59,364 nucleotides of DNA from assembly GCA_041619575.1 (NCBI GenBank), contig JBFKDP010000001.1:1-59364 (forward strand), read 5' to 3'. This DNA comes from Litorivivens sp. GTDB taxonomy: Bacteria; Pseudomonadota; Gammaproteobacteria; Pseudomonadales; Spongiibacteraceae. Made by a program: the position numbers and the translations under genes. The notes beneath the pieces are model-generated. The model made no database searches and was not told the origin of the DNA. It worked only from the letters and a program-made list of their open reading frames with translations. Numbering within the stretch: position 1 is the stretch's first letter; the number at the start of each line of letters is the position of its first letter. This document shows, in pieces, positions 1-9,682 of this stretch.

Positions 1-137
1 CAGGTTCCGCCAACCTCATCGGCTTTTTCCAGCAGCAGATAGCGCGATATTCCCGCCTTCTGCAAGGCGATGGCCATCGCCATACCGGAAAAACCTGTAC
101 CAATAATAACAACGTCGGTAGTAATCATAGGGCGCAT
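1..137 (-). CDS. Flavin-containing/Baeyer-Villiger-type monooxygenase, N-terminal fragment (runs off window)
   Basis: Manual translation MRPMITTDVVIIGTGFSGMAMAIALQKAGISRYLLLEKADEVGGT: GxGxxG FAD motif plus EK..VGGT(W); alternative start at 128. Confidence 0.8.
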   Translation of the reverse strand, partial: MRPMITTDVVIIGTGFSGMAMAIALQKAGISRYLLLEKADEVGGT

Positions 138-212
138 TCTTATATAAGTAGCGCCCTATGTTGACGATTTAAACAGGCAACGCAAGCCCTTTTGCGGGAG
201 AAATGCGTCAGC

Positions 213-1133
213 CTATGACGCGTTCGCCAATTCTCCCTTTTCTATCTGGCGCTTTATCCAGCCGCTGGCATTGCCGCCGTCGCAGTTGCCGGTCAGTTCC
301 GCTGCGAGATCAGCCGCCGCCGCCAGCCTGCCCAGATCAATACCGGTATCAAAACCCATCTGGTTGAGCATCAGCACCACATCTTCGGTGGCAACGTTGC
401 CAGAGGCGCCGGGCGCGAAGGGGCAACCGCCCAGACCGCCGATGGATGCGTCAAACTTGCGGATACCGCACTCCACGGCAGCGTACACATCAGCAACGCC
501 CATACCACGGGTATCGTGAAAGTGGCAGGACAGCTTGTCTGCACCGTAGGCGGCCACCAGTTTGCTCATCAGCGATTTTACCTGTCCCGGCGAGGCCGCG
601 CCGATGGTGTCCGCCAGGATGACTTCGCTCGCACCGTACTCTAGCAGTTTGCCGGTGATCTCAATGACGGTCTGCTCGTCAGTCACGCCCTCAAAGGGGC
701 ACTCCCAGGCCGTAGCCACATAAGCCACTACATTCATAGCATCGGTTTTCGCCTGAGCCAGCACGTCCTCGCAAACCACCAGCGCCTGCTCGGTCGTCAT
801 CCGGACATTTTTTTCGTTCATGGTGTTGCTGGCAGCAATCACCAGGCCCATGGTGGTTATGCCGGCTGTCTTCGCCAACTCATAGCCCTTGCGGTTGGGA
901 ATCAACGCCGAAAAGCCGTAATCCCCTCTTGGAAGTCCCGCTGCGACAATATCTGTCCCGGCCATTGCCGGAACGGCTTTGGGAGAAACAAAAGCGCCCA
1001 CTTCAATATGCTGAACACCGGCATCCAGCAGCTTGCTTATAAGGCTTAAACGCTGCTCCGGCGTCAGAATCTTCGCCTGATTCTGCAAACCATCTCTCGG
1101 GCCTACATCGTTAATAACAATCTTTTCTTTCAT
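213..1133 (-). CDS. HMG-CoA lyase-like (DRE-TIM) acyl-CoA lyase, copy 1
   Basis: DVGPRDGLQN, HFHDTRG, GGCPFAPGASGNVATED motifs. Confidence 0.9.
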   Translation of the reverse strand: MKEKIVINDVGPRDGLQNQAKILTPEQRLSLISKLLDAGVQHIEVGAFVSPKAVPAMAGTDIVAAGLPRGDYGFSALIPNRKGYELAKTAGITTMGLVIAASNTMNEKNVRMTTEQALVVCEDVLAQAKTDAMNVVAYVATAWECPFEGVTDEQTVIEITGKLLEYGASEVILADTIGAASPGQVKSLMSKLVAAYGADKLSCHFHDTRGMGVADVYAAVECGIRKFDASIGGLGGCPFAPGASGNVATEDVVLMLNQMGFDTGIDLGRLAAAADLAAELTGNCDGGNASGWIKRQIEKGELANAS

Positions 1134-1136
1134 AAC

Positions 1137-2336
1137 CTAGCCTATAACCCCGTTCGCTTTCAGTTCGGCAGTGGTGGATTCATCGTAGCCAAGAATCTCA
1201 CGCATCAGCTCGTCGGTGTTTTCACCAAGCAAGGGCGCCGGAGAAAAGCTCTCTTCATTGGTGCGAGACAGCTTGATCGGGCACCCAGGCCCCTTGGTAG
1301 TTTTGCCTGAGGGGTGAGGAAGGTCGACAACCATATTGCGGTACTGGACCTGCTCGTCGGCCAGCGCGCGACTGAAGGTGTTGACCGGTGCGGCAGGTAT
1401 ACGCTTGTCGTTAAGCTTGGCCAGCCAGTTGTCGGTGGTGTCCTGCTTGAAAATTTCCGCCAGCGTAGAGTCAATGTATTCCTTGTCCGCCAACCTGCCC
1501 GGCTGGCCATCATACTCGGGCTTGTCGAAGCCGGGGCAGTTCACCACCTGCTTCAGGTTCTGCCAGAAGTTATCGGTAATCACGCAGATCACCAGATGGC
1601 CGTCAGCGGTAGGATAGCTGTTGTAGGGAACATGCACGAAATGACTGTTACCAATGGGGTGAGGATCCTGACCTGACAGGTAGTACATGGTCGCCATGTA
1701 ATTGAGCAGGGAGATCTGCACGTCGAGCATGGAGATATCGATATGCTGACCGACGCCGGAGCGATCGCGTTCAACCAGCGCCGCCAGCACGCCCATAATG
1801 CCAAACATGCCACCGCCGAGGTCACCAATGGGGATGCCGGCGCGCATCGGGTGTTCGGAATCCGACCCGGTAATGGACATACCGCCACCAAAAGCCTGAG
1901 CCACTTGATCAAAGGCCGGCCGCTTGGCACCGGGGCCTTTTTCGCCAAAGCCGGTTATGGAGCAGGTGATGATTTTCGGGTTGATCTTTGCCAGATGGTC
2001 GTAATCGATCTTGAGCTTGGTCGGCACTCCCGCCGCAAAGTTGTTGATCACTACATCTGACTTGGCTACCAGCTCATAAAACAGCTCAAGCCCGCGCTCG
2101 GTCTTCAAATCCATGGAAATGGTGCGCTTGTTGCGGTTCAGGGTAATAAAGTAAGCCCCCATGCCGTCTATCGAGTTATTCGGGTCAGTCGACAGAAGCT
2201 TGCGGGTACCCTCCCCGGTAAGCGGCTCTACCTTGATCATGTCGGCGCCGAGGTCAGCCAGCGTCATGGTACAGAAGGGGCCGGACAGCATATGTGTCAG
2301 GTCAATAATGCGGATGCCCGCCAACGGTTTGTTCAT
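1137..2336 (-). CDS. CaiB/BaiF family III CoA-transferase, copy 1
   Basis: PLAGIRIIDL..GP..LADLGAD, NRNKR, AFDQVAQ, APLLGE. Confidence 0.92.
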   Translation of the reverse strand: MNKPLAGIRIIDLTHMLSGPFCTMTLADLGADMIKVEPLTGEGTRKLLSTDPNNSIDGMGAYFITLNRNKRTISMDLKTERGLELFYELVAKSDVVINNFAAGVPTKLKIDYDHLAKINPKIITCSITGFGEKGPGAKRPAFDQVAQAFGGGMSITGSDSEHPMRAGIPIGDLGGGMFGIMGVLAALVERDRSGVGQHIDISMLDVQISLLNYMATMYYLSGQDPHPIGNSHFVHVPYNSYPTADGHLVICVITDNFWQNLKQVVNCPGFDKPEYDGQPGRLADKEYIDSTLAEIFKQDTTDNWLAKLNDKRIPAAPVNTFSRALADEQVQYRNMVVDLPHPSGKTTKGPGCPIKLSRTNEESFSPAPLLGENTDELMREILGYDESTTAELKANGVIG

Positions 2337-2402
2337 TGTATATCGCCCTTTCCTTGCATTCGGAGTTACAGCAGCCCTATTCCCGCGGGAATAACGCCAT
2401 AA

Positions 2403-2430
2403 AGATATAATGTTATTACTTTATAGCTTA
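2403..2430. promoter_or_regulatory. Putative operator motif (AGATATAATGTTAT...TTATAGCTTA)
   Basis: 2403-2416 is the exact reverse complement of 40810-40823; lies in a divergent promoter region. Confidence 0.6.
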
Positions 2431-2480
2431 TTATGCTACCATTAGCTTCAAGCATGCAAGATGACTGCGAAGATAAGCGC

Positions 2481-3908
2481 ATGGGAAAAACACTGATAGA
2501 AAAGATTCTAAGCGGACATACCGCCGTCGAACTGGACGCGCGGCGACGCCTGATTTATATCGACCGTATTTTTCTGCACGAGCGAACGGGCAGCATTGCC
2601 CTGAAAAGCCTGCATGAAAGCGGCCGTACCGTGGCGCGCCCGACACAGGTTTTCTGCACTATGGATCACATCGTCGACACCTTTCCCGGTCGCGGCGATG
2701 AGACCCTGATGCCCTCCGGCACCCAGTTCATTCGCGCCACCCGCGAGGCGGCCCGCGAAGCGGGTATTACCCTGTTTGACGTACGCGACCAGAATCAGGG
2801 TATCGCTCACGTGGTAGCTGCCGAGCAGGGTATTGCCCTGCCCGGCCTCACCATGGTCTGCCCCGACAGTCACACCTGCACATTGGGCGGCCTCGGCGCG
2901 CTGGCCTGGGGTATTGGCTCAACCGAAGCTGAACACGCCCTGGCCACACGAACGCTGGAACTGCGCATTGCAAAAACCATGCGCGTCACCTTTGACGGCG
3001 AGCTGGGGCCTGGGGTCACTGCAAAAGATATGATCCTGCACCTGATCTCTCGCTACGGCGCCAACGGCGGTGCAGGCTATGTCGTAGAGTTTGCCGGCAG
3101 CGCTATTCGCGCCCTGCCCGTCGAGCAGCGGATGACACTGTGCAATATGGCGGTAGAATTCTCGGCAGTCACCGGACTGGTGGCCCCCGATGACAAAACC
3201 ATCGACTATGTGCGCGGCCGTCCTTACGCCCCCACCGGCGAACAATGGCAACAGGCCGTTAGCCACTGGCAAACACTGCACAGTGATCCGGATGCTGAAT
3301 TTGATCGAGAGCTTCATATCAATGCAGCAGACATTGCTCCCTCGGTAAGCTGGGGCATCAACCCGGAGCAAACCATCGGCATTGATGACGTAATCCCCGA
3401 GCCAGCGGGCGATGCCGAGCAAAAAAACTACATGCGCAAAGCACTGGCTTACATGAAGCTAACACCAGGTCAGGCACTCGCGGGCACCCCCATTGATGCA
3501 GTGTTTATCGGCTCGTGTACCAACAGTCGCCTGAGCGATCTGCGCGCAGTGGCTGAATTCCTGAAGGACAAAAGAGTCGCACCTGGCGTTGCGGCCGTTT
3601 GTGTGCCGGGCTCAACCCAAGTGAAAAAAGCCGCAGAAGCGGAAGGCATTCATCTGATATTGCAGGCCGCCGGTTTCGAGTGGCGAGAGTCTGGCTGCTC
3701 CATGTGTTTTTATGCCGGAGGTGAAACCTTTGGTGCCGGCAAGCGCGTTTTGTCCACCACCAATCGCAATTTTGAAAACCGCCAGGGACCGGGGGTAAAA
3801 ACCCATATCGCCAGCCCACTAACCGTTGCCGCTTCGGCAGTGAATGGCGTTATCAGCGATCCAAGAATGACCGCCATCCTGCCCTCTCTGAAGGAGTACG
3901 TGCGATGA
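2481..3908 (+). CDS. leuC: 3-isopropylmalate dehydratase-like large subunit (probable alkylmaleate hydratase)
   Basis: MGKTLIEKI start, DSHT, GSCTN, GCSMC [4Fe-4S] ligands, STTNRNFENRQG. Confidence 0.9.
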   Translation: MGKTLIEKILSGHTAVELDARRRLIYIDRIFLHERTGSIALKSLHESGRTVARPTQVFCTMDHIVDTFPGRGDETLMPSGTQFIRATREAAREAGITLFDVRDQNQGIAHVVAAEQGIALPGLTMVCPDSHTCTLGGLGALAWGIGSTEAEHALATRTLELRIAKTMRVTFDGELGPGVTAKDMILHLISRYGANGGAGYVVEFAGSAIRALPVEQRMTLCNMAVEFSAVTGLVAPDDKTIDYVRGRPYAPTGEQWQQAVSHWQTLHSDPDAEFDRELHINAADIAPSVSWGINPEQTIGIDDVIPEPAGDAEQKNYMRKALAYMKLTPGQALAGTPIDAVFIGSCTNSRLSDLRAVAEFLKDKRVAPGVAAVCVPGSTQVKKAAEAEGIHLILQAAGFEWRESGCSMCFYAGGETFGAGKRVLSTTNRNFENRQGPGVKTHIASPLTVAASAVNGVISDPRMTAILPSLKEYVR

Positions 3909-4531
3909 GCCTCCAGCCATTTACGGTACACACCGGCGTCGCCGCGCCCTTCCTGCAGGCCAATATCGATACTGACGCCATTATTCCGTCTCGGGAAATG
4001 AAACTGGTTTCCAAACAGGGGCTGGGCGAAGGCCTGTTCGCAGCCTGGCGCTACAAGCTACCCGGCAGCCGCGAACCCAACCCCGACTTTATTCTGAATC
4101 AAGACGCCTACCGCAACACCAGCATTCTGCTGGGGGGCTCCAACTTCGGTTGCGGTTCTTCCCGTGAACACGCCGTCTGGGCGCTGTCTGAATACGGCAT
4201 CCGCGCCATCATTGCGCCGGGCTTTGGCTCAATTTTCTACAACAATTGTATTGGCAATGGGGTCTTGCCGGTCGTGCTACCTGAAGCTGCCATCCAGGCA
4301 TTGGCGAGCGCCTGTGAAACAGACCCGCAATACCAGCAGATCACCGTTGATCTGGAAAACCTTTGCGTAACATCACCCGACGGCTCGCAGTTTGCGTTTC
4401 AGGTTGAAGCTAACGCCAGAAAAATGCTGCTGAACGGATTGGATACTATCGGAGCCACCGAACTGCACGCCGCAAAGATTGACGCCTTTGAAAGCGCCGA
4501 CCGAAAACAGCGGAGCTGGGCCTACCTCTGA
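3905..4531 (+). CDS. leuD: 3-isopropylmalate dehydratase-like small subunit
   Basis: NIDTDAIIP, NFGCGSSREHA; ATGA overlap with leuC. Confidence 0.92.
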   Translation: MSLQPFTVHTGVAAPFLQANIDTDAIIPSREMKLVSKQGLGEGLFAAWRYKLPGSREPNPDFILNQDAYRNTSILLGGSNFGCGSSREHAVWALSEYGIRAIIAPGFGSIFYNNCIGNGVLPVVLPEAAIQALASACETDPQYQQITVDLENLCVTSPDGSQFAFQVEANARKMLLNGLDTIGATELHAAKIDAFESADRKQRSWAYL

Positions 4532-4691
4532 GTTTGACGCCAACCGACGACCTGATCTGACCCTACAATAAAACCGCACGGGCAGATCGCACTCGCGGGA
4601 GGCGGTGCTCACGATACGACGGAAGCTATCGCCTGCTCTTTCTGGCGCGGTTAATCTTATTTATAAAATGGCTATCATCCGGCAAGGCGCG

Positions 4692-5882
4692 TTAGCGCGC
4701 CTGCACGACATTTTCCGCAAACAAGGCATTGATTTCGTCGTCACTGAGACCCGCCAGCTTCAAAGCCTGTGCTGAGTGCTCTCCCTCTTTGGGCAGATCC
4801 TGACGAACTCCGAAGCGACGCCCGGCCATATTCACTGGCAATCCCGGAAGCTTGGTTTTCTCACCATTGGGCAAAGTCAGATCCAGCAGACCACCGGACT
4901 CGTTCAGGTGTATATCGTCAAATAGATCAGAGGGTTTGTTGATTGGCGCAAAGGGCAAGCCGGTTTTATCCAGCTTGGCCATTAAATCGGTCTTACTCAT
5001 AGACGCAAAGCATTCGCGAATTGCCGGCAGAATACGGTCGCGCTGTTTGACTCGCTCGGTATTGGCATCCAGTGAACGGTCTTGCGCAAATTCGGTCAGC
5101 TCAAAGGCTTCGCAAAACAGACGCCACTGGGTATCGCTGACCACGCCGACAAAAACCTGCTCACCATCCGCACTGTCGAAAATGTCGTAGACTGCCCAAG
5201 CCGAGGTACGCACCGACATGGGCTGAGGCTCATTGCCGCTGACTGCCTGTTGAGCCATATGCTGCCCAACCATAAAGGCCGTACTTTCAAACAGAGAGCT
5301 TTTCACCTCCTGTCCTTTGCCTGTGCGGTGACGCTCTTCCAGAGCCGCCATCACAGCAATCACACCAAACATGCCACCGGCTATATCAACCACAGAGGAA
5401 CCCGCGCGCATCGGCTTTCCGGGCAAGCCCGTCATATAGGCCAGTCCACCCATCATCTGGGTTACTTCATCCAGTGCGGTGCGGTGCTGGTAGGGGCCGT
5501 CCAGGAAACCTTTTAGCGAGCAGTAAATGAGTCGCGGATTTCTTTTAGACATCGCCTCGTAGCCAAAGCCGAGCTTTTCCATGGCACCGGGGCGAAAGTT
5601 CTCAATCAGCACGTCCGCGCTTTCAATAAGCTTTTCTGCCACCGCATGGCCTTTATCGTTTTTAAGGTCGATACACAGACTCTGCTTGTTACGGTTATAC
5701 ATGGGAAAGTAGCCGGCACCGGACCCCATCAGACGGCGGGTATTGTCGCCCTTCAGCGGCTCAACCTTGATTACCTCGGCTCCGAGATCAGCCAGTATCA
5801 GACCAACGGTCGGCCCCATCACCATATGGGTAAATTCAACAACCTTGATACCGGATAACGGCAGATTAGCTTGTTCAGTCAC
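4692..5882 (-). CDS. CaiB/BaiF family III CoA-transferase, copy 2
   Basis: PLSGIKVVE..GP..LADLGAEVIKVE, NRNKQS, ENFRPG. Confidence 0.92.
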   Translation of the reverse strand: MTEQANLPLSGIKVVEFTHMVMGPTVGLILADLGAEVIKVEPLKGDNTRRLMGSGAGYFPMYNRNKQSLCIDLKNDKGHAVAEKLIESADVLIENFRPGAMEKLGFGYEAMSKRNPRLIYCSLKGFLDGPYQHRTALDEVTQMMGGLAYMTGLPGKPMRAGSSVVDIAGGMFGVIAVMAALEERHRTGKGQEVKSSLFESTAFMVGQHMAQQAVSGNEPQPMSVRTSAWAVYDIFDSADGEQVFVGVVSDTQWRLFCEAFELTEFAQDRSLDANTERVKQRDRILPAIRECFASMSKTDLMAKLDKTGLPFAPINKPSDLFDDIHLNESGGLLDLTLPNGEKTKLPGLPVNMAGRRFGVRQDLPKEGEHSAQALKLAGLSDDEINALFAENVVQAR

Positions 5883-5953
5883 GCGATTCCCCTGTCTACA
5901 TCTCAGCGCCGGCGGCTGGCAATTACCCGGCTCAACGGCTACAATTGAATATA

Positions 5954-5976
5954 TGTTATATCTTTATATCATTTGA
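5954..5976. promoter_or_regulatory. Putative operator motif TGTTATATCTTTATATCATTTGA
   Basis: 18 nt identical to 54399-54416 and 14 nt identical to 48645-48658; divergent promoter region. Confidence 0.65.
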
Positions 5977-6000
5977 TTCAACAGGCGTGTTTCCACCACC

Positions 6001-6933
6001 ATGACTAACATCGATATTGAAATCAGCGAAGTTGGCCCCCGCGACGGTTTGCAAAGCATCAAAACCATTATGTCCACCGAGGACAAAAAGGCCTGGATTG
6101 CCGCAGAGGCCGCCGCTGGCGTACCGGAAATTGAAGTGGGCTCCTTTGTCCCCCCGAGCGTCATTCCACAGTTAGCCGACACCGCTGAGATTGTTGCCTA
6201 TGCCCGCACCATTCCCGGCCTGGCAGTAGCCGCGCTGGTACCCAACCTGCGCGGCGCTGAAAATGCGATTGCCGCCGGTGCTCACAAGATTTCCATTCCG
6301 CTGTCGGTCAGCGAAACTCACAGCCTAAAGAACGTAAAGCGCAGCCACGCGCAAATGCTCGACGAGATCGACCGCATCGTAAAACGCATTCGCGAGCTGC
6401 CCGAAGCCGAGCGGCCAAAATTTGAAGTAGGACTGTCAACGGCCTTCGGCTGCACTATCGAAGGCCCCGTTTCGGAAGACCTCGTAGTACAACTGGCCGT
6501 TAAAGCCGTTGCCCTGGGCGTCGACGAAGTGGGTCTTTCCGACACCACCGGCTACGGCAACCCGGCACAGTTAAAGCGTCTGGCAAAACGCATCTGGGAA
6601 AATTGCGGCCGTGAAAAACTTAACGGTGTACACCTGCACAATACCCGCGGACAGGGTCTCGCCAATGCATTGGCCGCTGTGGATATCGGCCTGACCACCA
6701 TCGACAGCTCGCTGGGTGGCATTGGCGGCTGCCCCTTTGCGCCCGGCGCCAGCGGCAATATTGTGACCGAGGATCTGGTCTTCATGCTTGAGGCCATGGG
6801 TCTTAAAACCGGCATTGATATTGAGAAGTTGCTGGCGGTAAGAGAACTGGTGCAGAAGGCCCTGCCGGGAGAGGAGCTATACGGCTTTACGCCGGAGGCA
6901 GGACTGCCCAAGGGCTTTGTAGCGGCAAGCTAG
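6001..6933 (+). CDS. HMG-CoA lyase-like (DRE-TIM) acyl-CoA lyase, copy 2
   Basis: EVGPRDGLQS, HLHNTRG, GGCPFAPGASGNIVTED. Confidence 0.9.
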   Translation: MTNIDIEISEVGPRDGLQSIKTIMSTEDKKAWIAAEAAAGVPEIEVGSFVPPSVIPQLADTAEIVAYARTIPGLAVAALVPNLRGAENAIAAGAHKISIPLSVSETHSLKNVKRSHAQMLDEIDRIVKRIRELPEAERPKFEVGLSTAFGCTIEGPVSEDLVVQLAVKAVALGVDEVGLSDTTGYGNPAQLKRLAKRIWENCGREKLNGVHLHNTRGQGLANALAAVDIGLTTIDSSLGGIGGCPFAPGASGNIVTEDLVFMLEAMGLKTGIDIEKLLAVRELVQKALPGEELYGFTPEAGLPKGFVAAS

Positions 6934-6949
6934 AAACATTGCCCACCAT

Positions 6950-6974
6950 GAGCGCTTTAACGACTAAAGCGCTC
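6950..6974. terminator. Hairpin between convergent genes
   Basis: GAGCGCTTTA/TAAAGCGCTC 10-bp stem; no strong U tract. Confidence 0.45.
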
Positions 6975-6987
6975 GCCAACAACAGCC

Positions 6988-7560
6988 CTATTCTTCCATC
7001 AAGGCCTTGTAGAGGCTCTGTTTCGGCTCAGCCATAACCCGATGCACCAGCGGCGCAAACAAATCCAGTGACAGTTCTGGCTTGCTGTTATCAAACGCCG
7101 GATTATCGTATTTCTCGATAAAGCGCGCCGTTCGTTCGTAGTGCTCTGAATCCTTGAAGTTATCGCGCATGTTTCTATCCATGCCGAAATGATGAAAAAA
7201 GTTATAGCCCTGAAAAATACCGTGATGCTTCACCATCCAGTGATTGGCCTCTGAAACAAAAGGCTCGATTATCGCCGCGCCAACATCGGCATGGTTAAAG
7301 GGGCCTAGGGTATCCCCGATATCGTGCAGCAGAGCGCACACCACATACTCATCATCTTCACCCGCCTCGGCCGCCCGCTCAGCGGTTTACAGGCAGTGCT
7401 GCAAACGATCTACCGGAAAGCCGCCAAAGTCACCACCCAGCAAACTCAAATGCTCCAGTATGCGATCAGGCAAGCCCGCCTGAAACTGGCGCTGCTCACC
7501 GAGAATCACCTGCCAGTCTTCGGCAGTACTTTCAGTCATGGCTTTGAACTGGGTTTTCAT
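6988..7560 (-). pseudogene. HD-domain metalloprotein (PhnZ/TmpB-like) interrupted by in-frame TAA at codon 58
   Basis: ATG 7560 with GGAAGG RBS; MKTQFKAMTES...DRLQHCL*TAERAAEAGEDDEYVVCALLHDIGD; TAA at 7387-7389 is in frame with the 118-aa ORF. Confidence 0.8.
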
Positions 7561-7802
7561 AAGTAACCTTCCTCGCTGGGTTCAAGAGGTTCGCCAGACA
7601 GCCGTCAGTACGCTTTGCTAGCGAGCAAAAGCTCACCGGGTAAGCAGCAGCTGGAATGACAGAGTTTCTTGTTGTTTTTTTTGTTTTGGCTTTCGAAGAC
7701 TAGCGGCTATTGAGGTGACTATACAGAAATTGATCGCCCCAGGCAGGGGGCGATCGGGAAGGGCCTGGGCAAACCAGTGGTAATGTGCAACTGGCAGCTA
7801 AC

Positions 7803-8726
7803 CTACTGCTGCCCTTTCCAACAATCCAGTATCTCGCCTGCACCAGCGCTCCACACGCCTTCCTGAGAGGTAATGTAGTCCAGTGCTTTTTCAAGCCGCG
7901 CGATACGGTGGGGTTGTCCCAATAACCAGGGGTGAATATTCAAAGCCAATATACGACCACCCTGATCTCTGGCTTCTGCCAGCAGAAAATCACAGGCATC
8001 ACACACCTGCTCTACCCAGCTGTCTTCCGAATGGCCGTTGTTCTGGATGACAAAGAAGTCTTCCAGCTCTGTGGAGAGCGGCATGGCAATCAGTTCGCCT
8101 GCAGCCGTGCGAAAGCCATAGGGCATATCGTCGTTTACCCAATCGCAGAAGTATTCGATTCCATGGGCTGCCAGCAGGTCCGGCGTATTGGCTGATTCAC
8201 TTTTGGCCGGAGATATCCAGCCGCGAATCGATTGTCCTGTGAGACTACGCAGGCTATCCAGTGCCCGTTCAATTTGCGCCGCTTCTTCAGTTTTGTCCTG
8301 CCCACCGTAATGCAGCGCGTCCATATGCTCGCCGTGGCAGAGTATTTCATCGCCGCGCTCCTTCAACACCTCCATCAGGTAAGGGGTACGCTCGGCAAGC
8401 CGACTGTTAACCGCAAAGGTCGGGCTTACCCCATAGCGATCAAAGGCTTTGAGAAACCGGTAGATGCCAACACGGTTGCCGTAATCGCGCAGGGAAAAGT
8501 GTCGCAGGTCCGGATAGGGCATGGTCATGCCACCCGGCACTTTAAAGGGCTTGCCCTGCTGATTCAGCGGGAAAAACTGCAAACCCACATTTACCCATAA
8601 CGCCAGTTTGTTGCCCTTGGGCCACTCGACAGGTTTGCGGTCAGTGAGCATCGACCAGTCGTAGCGATCGTGATCCATCCCATAGCTGCGCTCGGGATAC
8701 TCCAGATAGGCTTTATCGAGGCTCAT
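7803..8726 (-). CDS. Polysaccharide deacetylase / PuuE-like cyclic amide (imide) hydrolase, copy 1
   Basis: WPKGNKLALWV, RDYGNRVG, DWVNDDMPY, IHPWLLGQPHR. Confidence 0.85.
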   Translation of the reverse strand: MSLDKAYLEYPERSYGMDHDRYDWSMLTDRKPVEWPKGNKLALWVNVGLQFFPLNQQGKPFKVPGGMTMPYPDLRHFSLRDYGNRVGIYRFLKAFDRYGVSPTFAVNSRLAERTPYLMEVLKERGDEILCHGEHMDALHYGGQDKTEEAAQIERALDSLRSLTGQSIRGWISPAKSESANTPDLLAAHGIEYFCDWVNDDMPYGFRTAAGELIAMPLSTELEDFFVIQNNGHSEDSWVEQVCDACDFLLAEARDQGGRILALNIHPWLLGQPHRIARLEKALDYITSQEGVWSAGAGEILDCWKGQQ

Positions 8727-9676
8727 GCAGCACCTCCCTTCTTGGCCGCAATGTCAGCGAGCGCTACGTCGTAATAGTTTTCCAGGAAATACTCGGCAAT
8801 TTCCCGCCCCGTCGTCACCCAGACATCATCGTGGCTGGTGATATAGTCCAGCGCCTCTTCAAAAGCCTTTAGACGATGCGGACAGCTCACCTGATAATTG
8901 TGGGTAGGAATACACATAATCGTGCCGCTGTCGGCACCTTCCTGGTACAGGCGATCAAAGTTGTCTTTGATGTTCTGTCCGTAGCGGCGCGGCTCAATCT
9001 TGTTCACCACGTAGGCAATGGTGTCATTCATTTCCAGCGAATAAGGGATGGAAACAAACTTTTTGCCACTGCGCAGATGAATGGGTGTGGGCTGGTCGTC
9101 ATGGAACAGATCGCAGGTATAGATACCGCCTTCCTCACCAAACAGCTCACTGCCCACCTCCGCAAACAGATCGAGCGTGAGTTCAGAATGGGACAGAGCA
9201 GGCGCCAGGTACCCGGCGCATTTCTGACCGGTATGCTTGTAGATGGTTTCCATGGAATCGCGAATCATGTCGCGTTCCTGCTGTTCGCTCATGCCATAGG
9301 TGTAGCGGGTGTTATAGATGCCGTGGCTAAAGAACTCCCAGTTGCGTTCTTTACACAGTTCAATAATTTCCGGGTGGTGATCACACAGGGCGGTGCTCAG
9401 GGAAATTGAGCCGCGCACCCCATATTTTTCCAGCACCTGCATCTGCCGCATATGGCCAACCCGGTTGCCGTAATCGCGAATGCTATAACCGCCTACGGCC
9501 GGTGCCGCCTGTGGCCAGGGTTTTCGCTGGGGATTGTCCGGTGGATTCAGCTCGTAGAATTCAATATTGGGAGCAACCCAGAACGCCACTTTTGCACCGT
9601 TGGGCCATTCAATTTTGGGTCGATTCTGATAGGCCCAGTAATCGTAGAAACCCGGATCTTCCTTCATCGATTGCAA
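8723..9676 (-). CDS. Polysaccharide deacetylase / PuuE-like hydrolase, copy 2
   Basis: WPNGAKVAFWV, RDYGNRVG, HDDQP, PYSLEMND. Confidence 0.85.
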   Translation of the reverse strand: MQSMKEDPGFYDYWAYQNRPKIEWPNGAKVAFWVAPNIEFYELNPPDNPQRKPWPQAAPAVGGYSIRDYGNRVGHMRQMQVLEKYGVRGSISLSTALCDHHPEIIELCKERNWEFFSHGIYNTRYTYGMSEQQERDMIRDSMETIYKHTGQKCAGYLAPALSHSELTLDLFAEVGSELFGEEGGIYTCDLFHDDQPTPIHLRSGKKFVSIPYSLEMNDTIAYVVNKIEPRRYGQNIKDNFDRLYQEGADSGTIMCIPTHNYQVSCPHRLKAFEEALDYITSHDDVWVTTGREIAEYFLENYYDVALADIAAKKGGAA

Positions 9677-9682
9677 TCCTTG

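Noticed and set aside
2481-4531. Leucine biosynthesis operon
   Set aside because: No leuA or leuB; the flanking genes and shared operator point to a catabolic hydratase role.
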